Source: a virus
Taxonomy: Duplodnaviria; Caudoviricetes
Strand: one strand, 5' to 3'
Virus record (IMG/VR): IMGVR_UViG_3300045020_000042
Location: 1 to 57,355 of that record
Length of the DNA: 57,355 nucleotides
Part shown: positions 7,242 through 16,918 of the stretch, one piece after another
How positions within the stretch are numbered: the stretch's first letter is position 1
How the letters are laid out: each line of letters begins with the position of its first letter
Made by a program: the position numbers and the translations under genes
The notes under the pieces: generated by a model
Told to the model about the DNA's origin: nothing
Seen by the model: the letters and a program-made list of their open reading frames with translations, nothing else
The model's database searches: none

Positions 7242-8855
7242 ATGGAAAAGATTGCAAACGCGGCCGACCTGTTGGCCGATCACGTACATGAGTACCCGGA
7301 GCTGTTGAGGCTCATTCAAGCCCGGTTCGACATGCTGACGATCGACCCGAAGGTCCGGCTGTTCACGACGCGGGCCGATAACCTGTGGAGCATCTATCTC
7401 GACAGCCTGCCGGTCGACCGTCAGTACCACACCTGCCACTGCTGCCGCCGGTTCATCGAGACCTATGGCGGGCTCGTGACGATCGACGAGTCGGGCGTGA
7501 CCCACAGCGCGATCTGGAGCGCGGAGACCGCGGGCCCGTTCTACGGCGGCGTCGTGCAGGCGCTGTCCTCGTACGTCGAGCACCAGAGAGTCACCGGGGT
7601 CTTCGTCTCTGATGAACAGGTCTGGGGAACTCCGTCCACCGGGCCCTGGACGCACTTCGCGGTAACGCCGAGCTGGGGGCTCGTTCACCGGTCGATCCAT
7701 CAGACCGCTCACCAGGCCGCGGCCGAGAAGTTGCAGGACTACTCCCAGGTGCAGGCCGCGCTGATCGACTACGACCAGCGGACCCTCACCACCGCGATCC
7801 AGCTGCTCGAGACCGACTCGCTCTACCAGAGCGAGAAGTGCCTGGGCGTCGCGAAGTGGCTGCTCGAGCGCCGGCGTGAGCGCACGGAGTGCAAACCGTA
7901 CAGCTCGAACCTGCTCTGGCGCGCGATCGCGTCCGCGCCTCCCGGCTACGCGCACCCACGAAGCAGCATGATCGGCACGCTGCTCGACGACATCGCCGCG
8001 GGCAAGCCGTTCGAAGCGGTCGCGGCCGCGTTCAAGGCGAAGATGCACCCGCTGCGTTACCAGCGCCCGCAGGCCGCGCCGTCGCAGGGCGCGATCCAGG
8101 CCGCTGAGAAGCTCGTCTCGCAGCTGGGGATCGAGCGGTCCCTGGAACGTCGCTACGCTCGTCTTGAGGAGCTGGAGGCGGACTGGCGGCCGACACCGAG
8201 GGTCGATAGTGCGCCCAAGAGCGTGTTCGGGCACCTGAAGCCGAAGGACGAGACCGTGCCGGAGCTGAAGCTGCCGGTCAAGACGATGACCTGGTCGCTG
8301 TTCCTCGAACGCGTCCTCCCGACCGCGGACCGGATCGAGCTGCTGGTCCCGCCGTCGGGCTCGTTCGTCGCGTTCGTGACTGCACAGCACGCCGACGCGC
8401 CGCCGATCCTGCAGTGGGACCTCGAGGGCCGCCGGAACCCGATGAGCCTGTACGTCTACCACCCGTCGTCGAACGCGCACAACTGGGGCTTGCAGCCGAG
8501 CACCTGGGTGTCCGTAGAGGCGATCGCGAAGAACCCGGCGGCCTGGGGACAAAGCGACCCCGGTCATCACGGTAAGAGCGTGTCGTTCATCCTGAAGGGT
8601 GCTCGTGACAGTCGCCATGACAGTATCGGCAACGCGCTGTTTCCGGCGAATCTGAAGGCCGAGCTGCACGGCGTTCGGAGCGTCGTCGAGGCGTACTCGA
8701 AGACCGCGCGGATCGGTGGCTTCGACGAGTCGAGCGCCTGCGGCCTGGTGATCAACCAGAACGGCGGCAGGCTGTTTGGCACGCAGGTCGTCCTTCGCGT
8801 CAGGGTCAAGGACGCCGACGTGACGATGAAATACCACCTCGACCGCTGGGAGTGA
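7242..8855 (+). CDS. Large hypothetical protein (HTCHCCRRF motif)
   Basis: 537-aa ORF, GCTGAGGAC RBS, possible metal-binding Cys/His cluster. Confidence 0.8.
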   Translation: MEKIANAADLLADHVHEYPELLRLIQARFDMLTIDPKVRLFTTRADNLWSIYLDSLPVDRQYHTCHCCRRFIETYGGLVTIDESGVTHSAIWSAETAGPFYGGVVQALSSYVEHQRVTGVFVSDEQVWGTPSTGPWTHFAVTPSWGLVHRSIHQTAHQAAAEKLQDYSQVQAALIDYDQRTLTTAIQLLETDSLYQSEKCLGVAKWLLERRRERTECKPYSSNLLWRAIASAPPGYAHPRSSMIGTLLDDIAAGKPFEAVAAAFKAKMHPLRYQRPQAAPSQGAIQAAEKLVSQLGIERSLERRYARLEELEADWRPTPRVDSAPKSVFGHLKPKDETVPELKLPVKTMTWSLFLERVLPTADRIELLVPPSGSFVAFVTAQHADAPPILQWDLEGRRNPMSLYVYHPSSNAHNWGLQPSTWVSVEAIAKNPAAWGQSDPGHHGKSVSFILKGARDSRHDSIGNALFPANLKAELHGVRSVVEAYSKTARIGGFDESSACGLVINQNGGRLFGTQVVLRVRVKDADVTMKYHLDRWE

Positions 8856-8856
8856 C

Positions 8857-9399
8857 ATGGAGCAGAGAAAGCGGCCCGTTCCGGTCGTCTTCAACGTTCG
8901 GGTCGACCGCGAGCCGACCCCAACGCAGCGCGCCGCGGAGACGGTCCGGACGATCGCCGGGGGCGGATCGGTCAAGTTCGTCATCGAACCGCGCGAGCGC
9001 GCCCAGCGCGTCAAGGTGAAGAACATCGCCGACCGGCTGAAGCGCGCGAAGACGCGCGGCCGGAAGGCCTGGTGGCGGTCGGAGCCCGACAAGACCTACG
9101 CGCAGATGCGCGCCGAGCGCAAGAAGCTGAAGGAGGACCTGCTTAACCAGGGGCTCTACCGGCTCGGGATCAAGTCCTGGTTAGAGCTGCAGGACGCGCT
9201 GATGGCCGGTGACGAGCGCTACGCGTTAAAGCTCCTGAAGGTTGAACTGAACTCCCACGCCCGTCGCAGCTGGGCGATCCGGATCTACCAGCGGTTCCAC
9301 CTCCTGCGCGGTGACCGCGAGCGTCAACTAATCTGGGACCAGTGTGAAAGCAAGATCAACAGCAAGTTCCGAAAAGCTACCTCGTCCGACGACGATTGA
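8857..9399 (+). CDS. Basic hypothetical protein
   Basis: GGGAG RBS, Arg/Lys-rich. Confidence 0.7.
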   Translation: MEQRKRPVPVVFNVRVDREPTPTQRAAETVRTIAGGGSVKFVIEPRERAQRVKVKNIADRLKRAKTRGRKAWWRSEPDKTYAQMRAERKKLKEDLLNQGLYRLGIKSWLELQDALMAGDERYALKLLKVELNSHARRSWAIRIYQRFHLLRGDRERQLIWDQCESKINSKFRKATSSDDD

Positions 9400-11425
9400 T
9401 TTTGAGACATTCGGGATCGAAGACCGGCCGCATTACCCCCCGGTGCCCGTCAGCGTCTCGATCAAACGCCAGGGTGAGCCCGCGCGCAGCTACGCGTGGG
9501 GGCACCTCGAGGGCAACAACTGTACCTGGGGCGAGGCGCGACAGGCGCTCATCGACGCGTACGCGAACCCGGACGGGATCCTCTGTCAGAACGGGAAGTT
9601 CGACGTGGACGTGGCCGAGGTCCACATGGACCTGCCCGTGCCACCGTGGACCGACGTGCATGATACGATGTTCCTCCTGTTCCTCGATGACCCGCACCAG
9701 GCGGAGCTCGGACTGAAGCCCTCGGCTGAGCGGCTGCTGGGCGCGGCGCCCGACGAACGGGACGAGGTCGTTGAGTGGCTCGTTGCGAACCAGCCCGTGC
9801 CCGGGGTCAAGGTCAGCAAGTCGAAACAGTCTGACCACTACGCGATGAAGTACCTGCCCTACGCCCCGGGCGACCTGGTCGGCACGTACGCGAACGGCGA
9901 CGTGGACCGCACCGAGGACCTGTTCCACCTACTCTACCCGAAGACGGTCGAGCGCGGGATGCTTGAGGCGTACGAGCGCGAACGGCGCCTCATGCCGATC
10001 CTGCTACGGATGGAACGGCGCGGGATCCCGGTCGATCTCGGCCGGCTTCGTGCGGACGTCCGGCAGCTGACTGAATGGCGGGTGAAGGTCGACGACTGGG
10101 TCATCAAGAAGCTGAAGGCGCCGGCCGGCATCAACCTCGACAGCGGCGATCAGGTCATGGCTGCGATGCTGGCCGCTGGTCTGGTCGATGAGTCGAAGGC
10201 CCTGAGGACCGCTACGGGCAAGTTCCAGACGAACAAGGACGCGCTCCTGGTCGCTGTCAAGGATCGCACGCTGCTCGCGATGCTGCGTTACCGCGCGGCG
10301 CTCAAGACGTGTCTCGGGACATTCATGGGGCCGTGGCTGCACATGGCTGAGGAGACGGGTGGAAAGATCCATACGACCTGGAACCAGGTGCGCAGCCCGA
10401 AGGGCGACGATACGAGCGGCGCGCGGACGGGCCGCCTGAGCGCGACGTGGTTCATGAACATGCCGAAGCCGTTCGAGAAGCTCTGGGTTCACCAGAAGAC
10501 GGCCGAGACGAAACCCGACGACGCGAAAAAGCTCGTCAAGTGCCCGATCGTCGGCCTGCCCGACCTGCCGGAGTGCCGGTCGTACATCGTACCGGGCGAC
10601 GGCCGCGTGCTGATCGATCGTGACTACTCGCAGCAGGAGCCTCGGATCCTCGCGCACTTCGACGGCGGCGCGCTGATGCAGTCGTACCTCGATGACCCGT
10701 GGATCGACTTCCATGACTCGGCGCGTGACAAGCTCGCCGCGGTCGGCAAGCACTACGAGCGCAAGCCGGTGAAGAACACGAACCTCGGCCTGATCTACGG
10801 GATGGGCGTCGGTAAGCTCGCGATGAAGAACGACATGACCGTGAACGAGGCGGGGGACCTGAAGAAGGCGATCCTGACGCTCTACCCGGGGCTGAAGGAC
10901 ATGTACAAGGACATGAAGCTGCGGGCCCGGACGAACACGCCGATTCGCACCTGGGGTGGCCGTGAGATCTACTGCGAGGAGCCGAGGATCGTGGACGGCA
11001 AGCTCCGCCAGTTCGACTACAAGCTCGTGAACATGCTGATTCAGGGCTCGGCTGCGGACTGCACGAAGGAGGCGATTATCCGCTTCGACGCGAAGTGCAA
11101 GGACGACTGGTGGCTGCTGCTGAACGTCCACGACCAGCTGACCGCGTCCGTCCCGCTGTACGATACGACTGAGGCCATGGGGGTCATGCGCAGTTGCATG
11201 GAGTCCGTGGAATTTGATGTACCAATCCTGTCCGAAGGGTCGATCTCAGACACAAACTGGGCCGAACTGAAGGACATCGACAAGAAGGGCAAGGAACTCT
11301 CATGGCCGCTAAAATCGCGCCCGGGATCATCCCGGTCAAACCGCTCACTAGCTGGTCGTTCAGCCGGTACAGCGACTACAAGCAGTGCCCGGCGAAGGCT
11401 AAGTACAAGCACGTCCTTAAGCTGA
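9344..11425 (+). CDS. polA: Family A DNA polymerase with 3'-5' exonuclease domain
   Basis: ExoI DFET, ExoII NGKFD, RTGRLS, motif A DYSQQEPR, motif B RKPVKNTNLGLIYG, IQGSAAD, motif C VHDQ. Start uncertain. Confidence 0.95.
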   Translation: MKARSTASSEKLPRPTTIDFETFGIEDRPHYPPVPVSVSIKRQGEPARSYAWGHLEGNNCTWGEARQALIDAYANPDGILCQNGKFDVDVAEVHMDLPVPPWTDVHDTMFLLFLDDPHQAELGLKPSAERLLGAAPDERDEVVEWLVANQPVPGVKVSKSKQSDHYAMKYLPYAPGDLVGTYANGDVDRTEDLFHLLYPKTVERGMLEAYERERRLMPILLRMERRGIPVDLGRLRADVRQLTEWRVKVDDWVIKKLKAPAGINLDSGDQVMAAMLAAGLVDESKALRTATGKFQTNKDALLVAVKDRTLLAMLRYRAALKTCLGTFMGPWLHMAEETGGKIHTTWNQVRSPKGDDTSGARTGRLSATWFMNMPKPFEKLWVHQKTAETKPDDAKKLVKCPIVGLPDLPECRSYIVPGDGRVLIDRDYSQQEPRILAHFDGGALMQSYLDDPWIDFHDSARDKLAAVGKHYERKPVKNTNLGLIYGMGVGKLAMKNDMTVNEAGDLKKAILTLYPGLKDMYKDMKLRARTNTPIRTWGGREIYCEEPRIVDGKLRQFDYKLVNMLIQGSAADCTKEAIIRFDAKCKDDWWLLLNVHDQLTASVPLYDTTEAMGVMRSCMESVEFDVPILSEGSISDTNWAELKDIDKKGKELSWPLKSRPGSSRSNRSLAGRSAGTATTSSARRRLSTSTSLS

Positions 11426-12039
11426 AGGAGCCGAGCAACGACGCGATGGCTCGGGGCGCGCTGATCCACACGATCGCCGAGCAGTACATCAAGGGGGTCT
11501 TGCCGGCGAAGATCCCGCCTGAGCTCAAGGCGTTCGCCGCGGACTTCAAGGAGCTGCGCGCGATGTACAAGAAGATCGCGTACAGCATGGTCGTGGAGGA
11601 TAACTGGGCGTTCACCAAGGGCTGGGACGAGACGGCCTGGAACGACTGGGTCGGCTGCTGGGTCCGGATCAAGCTCGACTGCGCGTTCCACTTCGACGGG
11701 ACGACGCTGCGCGTCCGCGACTGGAAGACGGGCAAGTTCCGCGAGGAGAAGAACGAGGAGTACCTCGAGCAGCTCGAGCTCTATGCTCTGTCGGCGCTCC
11801 TGCTGCACGAGCACATCCAGGAGGTGCGGCCCGACCTGGTGTACCTCGACGTCGGGGTCGTCTACCCGCCCGCGGACGCGCCGCTCGTCTATACGCGCGC
11901 TGACATCCCGCGGCTGAAGAAGCTCTGGGAGAAGCGCGTCAAACCGATGCTGACCGATACGGTCTTCGCGCCGCGGCCGAACAACCTGTGCAAGTGGTGC
12001 CACTTCCGGAAGGATAACGGCGGGCCTTGCCAATACTAG
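11302..12039 (+). CDS. PD-(D/E)XK (RecB/Cas4-like) exonuclease
   Basis: SFSR...Y.QCP, RG..IH, KLD, DWKTGK, QLELY, C-terminal CKWCHF...C. Confidence 0.9.
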   Translation: MAAKIAPGIIPVKPLTSWSFSRYSDYKQCPAKAKYKHVLKLKEPSNDAMARGALIHTIAEQYIKGVLPAKIPPELKAFAADFKELRAMYKKIAYSMVVEDNWAFTKGWDETAWNDWVGCWVRIKLDCAFHFDGTTLRVRDWKTGKFREEKNEEYLEQLELYALSALLLHEHIQEVRPDLVYLDVGVVYPPADAPLVYTRADIPRLKKLWEKRVKPMLTDTVFAPRPNNLCKWCHFRKDNGGPCQY

Positions 12040-12048
12040 GAGGGAGCC

Positions 12049-12777
12049 ATGCTTCCGCAGAAGCAGAAGTTTCGTCACCGCCCTGATGAGGGGATGATCG
12101 GTGACTGTCACAGGACCGCGATTGCGTGCCTGTTAGACCTGCCGGCTGAGTTCGTACCTCATTTCGGTGAGGTCCATTGGAACGAACCAGAGAAGTTTAA
12201 CGCCGCGTTTGAGGACTGGCTTGCCCAGAGGGGACTCAGGACGATAGTCATCCCCTATGACTGTGAACTCCAGCACGTTCAAGCCTGTATCGACGCGCAG
12301 AACAAAGGCGCGTACTACCTGCTTGGCGGGATGAGTCGAACAGGCGTAAATCATACGGTCGTCGGATGCGGCGGAGTAATAGCCTGGGACCCGTCGTTAG
12401 ACGACGCTGGTATCGTCGGCCCGTGCGATGACGGGTACTACTGGGTGACGTTCATCGTTCCCGACTTCATGTACAGGAGCTCAGATCGCCGTTCCGTTGT
12501 GGGACGAGACCAATGGGACTTCCTCCAGCACGACCGCGTCGAGGAAGCCAGATCCATGAGTCACCACTGTCACTGGCCCGGGTGCACGACGGAAGTGCCA
12601 CCCGCGATGTGGGGCTGCAAGCAGCACTGGTTCAAGCTGCCGTTGCGGCTGCGTAACAAGATCTGGGCCGCGTACCGGCCCGGGCAGGAAATTACCAAGA
12701 CCCCGTCGAAGGAGTACCTCGAGGTGGCGAACGAGGTCCAGCGCTACATCAAGGAGAACTTCAATGTCTCTGCGTAA
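12049..12777 (+). CDS. Hypothetical protein, probably two domains
   Basis: N-terminal GDCHRTAIACLLD...H; second domain from internal MSHHCHWPGC...CKQHW with its own GAGGA RBS. Confidence 0.65.
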   Translation: MLPQKQKFRHRPDEGMIGDCHRTAIACLLDLPAEFVPHFGEVHWNEPEKFNAAFEDWLAQRGLRTIVIPYDCELQHVQACIDAQNKGAYYLLGGMSRTGVNHTVVGCGGVIAWDPSLDDAGIVGPCDDGYYWVTFIVPDFMYRSSDRRSVVGRDQWDFLQHDRVEEARSMSHHCHWPGCTTEVPPAMWGCKQHWFKLPLRLRNKIWAAYRPGQEITKTPSKEYLEVANEVQRYIKENFNVSA

Positions 12778-13090
12778 CAAGGAGATCCTCCTGTGCTACC
12801 TCGAGGAGGACCTGAACATGGAGCAGCTGGCCAGGCGCTTCGACATCAGCCACTCGCGCGTCGGCCAGACTATCTCTCAGGAGCTGCACAGGTTGCGGTG
12901 CTCCGACGTCTCGACGCCCTCGCGGCGGATCGAGGCCCGGCAGCGCCTGCACAGCCTGATCATCGATAACGCGCAGTACGAGCCCGACTGGACGAGCACG
13001 CCGGCCGGGTTTTATCACATGGAGCGTGGGCTTAGCAACGAGAACGAACTCGCTAAAGCCTACGGCCGTAAACTACCGGAGTACCTATGA
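12764..13090 (+). CDS. HTH DNA-binding protein
   Basis: LNMEQLARRFDISHSRVGQTI, a sigma-4-like HTH. Confidence 0.6.
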   Translation: MSLRNKEILLCYLEEDLNMEQLARRFDISHSRVGQTISQELHRLRCSDVSTPSRRIEARQRLHSLIIDNAQYEPDWTSTPAGFYHMERGLSNENELAKAYGRKLPEYL

Positions 13091-13974
13091 ACGACGTAAT
13101 GGTTGACCTTGAGACCCTGGACTCTGTCCCGGGCGGCGTGATCGTGAGCATCGGCGCGATCTTCTTCAACGAACTCGGCGAGATGGGACGCCACTTCTAC
13201 CAGGTCGTGAACGTCGGGTCGTGCATCCGCGCGGGCCTGACGACGAGCGACGACACGGTCGACTGGTGGGGGCGCCAGGCGTCTGAGGTCCAGCAGACCC
13301 TGTCGGACGCATACCGCACGTCGAAGTCGGCGATCCTGCCTGTTGCGTTGCAACTGTTCGACGACTGGCTGGGAGACGCGTCTGACCTGAAGATCTGGGG
13401 CAACGGGTCGGACTTTGACAACGCGTTCCTGATCAAGGCCTACCAGTCGGTCGGCCGAACCCCGCCGTGGAAGTTCTATAACAACCGGTGCTACCGGACG
13501 TTAAAGAACCTGCCCGGGGTGCGCGAAGCGGTCCCGGCCCCGAAGCGTACTGGGGTTCACCACAACGCACTCTCTGACGCCGAGTTCCAGGCCGAGCACG
13601 CAAGCGCGATCCTGTTTCACCTTGGCCCGAAGACCGTGAAGTTCAACGACCCGAGAGACAAGCAGGTGCTCGACGAGGCGTATCGCCGCCGGGCCGCGGG
13701 CGAGCCGCCGCTTACCAAGGCTCAGGTCACCCATCAAGAACCGTTCCCCTTCCCGACGTCGGATCAGGCCGCGGCCGCGCTCGCGAACGTCCAGGCCACG
13801 GAGGACGCCGCGCTCGTCGATCGCAGCGAGGGCCTGACTTCGTTTAACCCGCTCAACGCTGCGAGTAACGTTCAAAGCGGGGCGAGGCAGAAGGCCTGGC
13901 CGAGCTGCCCGATCTGCGGCTCTGCGATGGGAACAGTTGCCGAGGGCCTCATCTGTCCGAACAAGCATGGCTGA
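13087..13974 (+). CDS. DEDDh 3'-5' exonuclease (DUF5051/exo VIII-like) with C-terminal zinc ribbon
   Basis: VMVDLETL, IWGNGSDFD, RCYRT, HNALSDA; CPICG...CP. Confidence 0.9.
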   Translation: MNDVMVDLETLDSVPGGVIVSIGAIFFNELGEMGRHFYQVVNVGSCIRAGLTTSDDTVDWWGRQASEVQQTLSDAYRTSKSAILPVALQLFDDWLGDASDLKIWGNGSDFDNAFLIKAYQSVGRTPPWKFYNNRCYRTLKNLPGVREAVPAPKRTGVHHNALSDAEFQAEHASAILFHLGPKTVKFNDPRDKQVLDEAYRRRAAGEPPLTKAQVTHQEPFPFPTSDQAAAALANVQATEDAALVDRSEGLTSFNPLNAASNVQSGARQKAWPSCPICGSAMGTVAEGLICPNKHG

Positions 13975-14359
13975 GGAAAGCGCGATCGAGCGCTGGGTGA
14001 CGAAGCACGCGCTCGAGGACTACGGCGTCGAGAGCACGAAGTTCGGTTACGACGGCTGGCCGGACCGCCTGTTCTGGGTCCCGGCCCCGCTGCTCCTCAT
14101 CGAGTTCAAGGCGCCGGGTGAGCAGCCAGGCCCCCGGCAGTCGTACCGTATCAACAAACTGAAGAGGCTAGGTTATGACGTCGAGGTCCACAACAATCGC
14201 GAATCCGCGCTCGAAGCGATCATCAAAAGAGTCAAGCGAGCCCGTCATCACGCCCGAGGAACTGTTCAAACCGCAACCGCAGAAGTGGGCACCGCACGCG
14301 TACCAGAAGAAGGCGGTCAAGTTCCTCATCGAGCACGCGTGCGCCGCCCTGTTCCTTGA
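13967..14359 (+). CDS. VRR-NUC nuclease
   Basis: ESAIE, GWPDR, IEFKAPG, Q; sits before an SNF2 helicase. Confidence 0.85.
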   Translation: MAEESAIERWVTKHALEDYGVESTKFGYDGWPDRLFWVPAPLLLIEFKAPGEQPGPRQSYRINKLKRLGYDVEVHNNRESALEAIIKRVKRARHHARGTVQTATAEVGTARVPEEGGQVPHRARVRRPVP

Positions 14360-15755
14360 CCCGGGGCTGGGGAAGACGAGCGTCACGTACGGCGCGCTGA
14401 AGCTGATGTTCAAACGGCAACTCGTCAGCAAGGTCCTGATCATCGCCCCGCTGCGCGTCTGTCACCTGGTCTGGCCGAAGGAGCAGCAGAAGTGGATGGA
14501 CTTCGCGGAGCTGCGTGTCGTCGTCCTGCACGGCGCGAAGAAGGACGAACTGCTGAAGCAGGACGCCGACATCTACGTGATCAACCCCGAGGGCCTCGAC
14601 TGGCTGCTCGACACGCACAAGACGAAGACGCCGAAGGGCAAGACGAAGGTCGAGGTCGACCTGCGGCGCTGGCGGCTCTTGGGGTTCGATACGCTCATCA
14701 TCGATGAGCTGAGCAAGTTCAAGCATGTATCGACGAACCGCTTCAAGGCGCTGAAGCTCGTGTTGCACACCTTCGGCCGCCGCTGGGGCCTGACCGGGAG
14801 CCCGGCCGCGAACGGGCTGCTCGACCTGTTCGGGCAGTGCTACATCCTCGACCAGGGGCGGAGCCTCGGGCCGTTCATCACTCACTACCGGAGCAAGTAC
14901 TTCGAGACCGTGGACAAGGAGGGGTTCGTCTGGGTCCCGAAGCCTGGCGCGGAGGAGGCGATCTACGAGCGTGTTGCGCCGCTGGCCCTTCGCATGGCTG
15001 CGGAGGACTACCTGGAGCTGCCGGAGCTCGTCCAGAACGTCGTCAAGCTCGATCTGCCGCCCGACGTCCGTAAGGTTTACGACCAGCTCGAGGAGGACCT
15101 TATAACGCGTCTTGACGAGGGCGTCGTCGTCGCGCAGAACGCGGCCGCGGCGTCGGTCAAGTGCCGGCAGGTCGCTAACGGAGGGATCTACCTGACGCCC
15201 GACCTCGAGATCACCGGGTTCAAGCTCCCGAAGGTCAAGCGGGAGTGGGTGAACCTGCACACGGTCAAGGTCGACGCGCTGGCCGACCTGATCGACGAAC
15301 TCCAGGGGTCGCCGCTGCTCGTTGCGTACGACTTTGAGCACGACCTCGACCGGCTCCGGGTCAAGCTGGGAACCGATCTGCCGTACATCGGCGGCGGCGT
15401 CAGCACGACCCGGAGCAAGGAGCTCGAGCGCCTCTGGAACGCGGGGAAGCTGCCCGTCCTCGCGGCGCACCCGCAGGCGATCGCGCACGGGCTGAACCTC
15501 CAGGAGCTGGGGAACCACGTCTGCTGGCACTCGATGACGTTCGACTATGAGCTGTACGACCAGTTCATCCGGCGCGTGCTTCGGCAGGGGAACAAAGCGA
15601 AACGGGTCTTCGTCCACCACCTGCTGATGAGAAACACCGTAGATGAGGTGATGCTGCTTGCGGTGAAACGGAAGGCGAAGGGCCAGAACGCGCTGTTTGA
15701 AGCGCTCCAGCTCTTGGCGCGCCACCGCAAAAAAGGTGTTTACATCGACCAGTGA
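14175..15755 (+). CDS. SNF2-family helicase
   Basis: DPGLGKT, IIDELS, LTGSP, HGLNLQ, QFIRRVLRQG. Confidence 0.92.
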   Translation: MTSRSTTIANPRSKRSSKESSEPVITPEELFKPQPQKWAPHAYQKKAVKFLIEHACAALFLDPGLGKTSVTYGALKLMFKRQLVSKVLIIAPLRVCHLVWPKEQQKWMDFAELRVVVLHGAKKDELLKQDADIYVINPEGLDWLLDTHKTKTPKGKTKVEVDLRRWRLLGFDTLIIDELSKFKHVSTNRFKALKLVLHTFGRRWGLTGSPAANGLLDLFGQCYILDQGRSLGPFITHYRSKYFETVDKEGFVWVPKPGAEEAIYERVAPLALRMAAEDYLELPELVQNVVKLDLPPDVRKVYDQLEEDLITRLDEGVVVAQNAAAASVKCRQVANGGIYLTPDLEITGFKLPKVKREWVNLHTVKVDALADLIDELQGSPLLVAYDFEHDLDRLRVKLGTDLPYIGGGVSTTRSKELERLWNAGKLPVLAAHPQAIAHGLNLQELGNHVCWHSMTFDYELYDQFIRRVLRQGNKAKRVFVHHLLMRNTVDEVMLLAVKRKAKGQNALFEALQLLARHRKKGVYIDQ

Positions 15756-15767
15756 ACGCAATACAAT
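15739..15767 (+). promoter_or_regulatory. Sigma70-like promoter
   Basis: TTTACA-17 bp-TACAAT. Confidence 0.7.
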
Positions 15768-15815
15768 GCTCCTACGGTCAACGAGGACCGTAACCCGCTG
15801 AGGACGACTGATCAC

Positions 15816-16859
15816 ATGGATAAACGCTGGCTGACCGCCTTCGCGTTCAGAGGGAGCCTCCGTCGCTACGACGAGACGGTCCTGACTGGGTTCGAAGCGT
15901 TGGTGCTCGCGGCCGATGACGATAAGGTCACGGTCGCGACGCACGACCTGTATAAAACCTATGTCGAAAACCTGCCGTGGCCAACGTTCGTTGACCGGTT
16001 CGTGTTCGACCCCGTCTGGACGCCCGAGAACATGGGGCGCCAGCTGCTGAACACCGGACGCACGATCGCAATGAAGCATGACAAAGACGTCTTGCCCGCG
16101 ATCGCGAGATGCATCGAAAACCACGCTGACCTCGACGAGGTACCCATGAAGAAAAAATCGAAGGAGCCGCCGGTCTCATCGGCCGTCACCGTCTGCCAGG
16201 ACTACTATCGGCACAGCTGTATCGTGCTGCGTCGCGGCGAGTCGTCGGTCGATTACATCGCGTTGAACCGGCCCGGCGGCCTCGACGTCGAGGCAAAAGA
16301 TTCCGCGACGTTCGACGAGTACTGGGTCCCGTCAGACACCTACCCGGCCGAGAAAGCAGCTCGGCTGTACGTTGAATTCGCCCAGCACCTGGGCGCTACC
16401 CCCGAGGCCATGCGCGAGCTGGCCAAGTTAACCACCGTAAGTGAGAAGGAGCAACAGATGGCAACCGCAAAGGCACCGACCGCAGCAGACGCAAAGACGA
16501 AACCCACCCCGGCCGTGAAGAACGTGCCGGCCGCGAAGAAGGCCACAGTCACCGCGGCGAAGCCCGATGCGAAGGCGGCACCCGCAGCGGCGAAGAAGCC
16601 TGCCAAGCCGCCCGTAACTGCGAAGGCTGACCCGAAGGCAGCAAAGGTGGACAAGGCCCCGAAGGAGAAGAAGCCGTCGGCCGCGTCACGCTTCCAGGAG
16701 CTGATCATGGAAGGCAAGCTGACGGACGACAACATCTTCGCGACCGTGAAGAAGGAGTTCGGGCTGTCGGACGACAAGCGTGGTTACGTGACGTGGTATC
16801 GCAACCACCTGAAGAAAAACGGCAAGAACCCGCCGGCTGCGATCGAAGCGAAGAAGTAA
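15816..16859 (+). CDS. Hypothetical protein with Ala/Lys/Pro-rich linker and small C-terminal helical domain
   Basis: Histone-like AKP tract; internal RBS/ATG at 16146 and 16458; C-terminus resembles that of 51424-52236. Confidence 0.75.
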   Translation: MDKRWLTAFAFRGSLRRYDETVLTGFEALVLAADDDKVTVATHDLYKTYVENLPWPTFVDRFVFDPVWTPENMGRQLLNTGRTIAMKHDKDVLPAIARCIENHADLDEVPMKKKSKEPPVSSAVTVCQDYYRHSCIVLRRGESSVDYIALNRPGGLDVEAKDSATFDEYWVPSDTYPAEKAARLYVEFAQHLGATPEAMRELAKLTTVSEKEQQMATAKAPTAADAKTKPTPAVKNVPAAKKATVTAAKPDAKAAPAAAKKPAKPPVTAKADPKAAKVDKAPKEKKPSAASRFQELIMEGKLTDDNIFATVKKEFGLSDDKRGYVTWYRNHLKKNGKNPPAAIEAKK

Positions 16860-16899
16860 GAAGGGGCGGGGTCGCTCGGGCTGAGGACCCCTTCTTTTA
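16860..16899 (+). terminator. Putative rho-independent terminator
   Basis: GAAGGGG..GGTC / GACCCCTTC stem followed by TTTT. Confidence 0.5.
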
Positions 16900-16918
16900 C
16901 TCCACCAGGAGTCTCACC

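Noticed and set aside
7011-9092. Long antisense ORFs (also 14232-16124, 42157-43884, 10004-11131)
   Set aside because: Shadow frames of GC3-rich genes on the opposite strand, with no motifs or RBS.
11302-12039. Cas4 as evidence of a CRISPR system
   Set aside because: Stand-alone PD-(D/E)XK exonucleases next to PolA are routine in phages, and no array is present.
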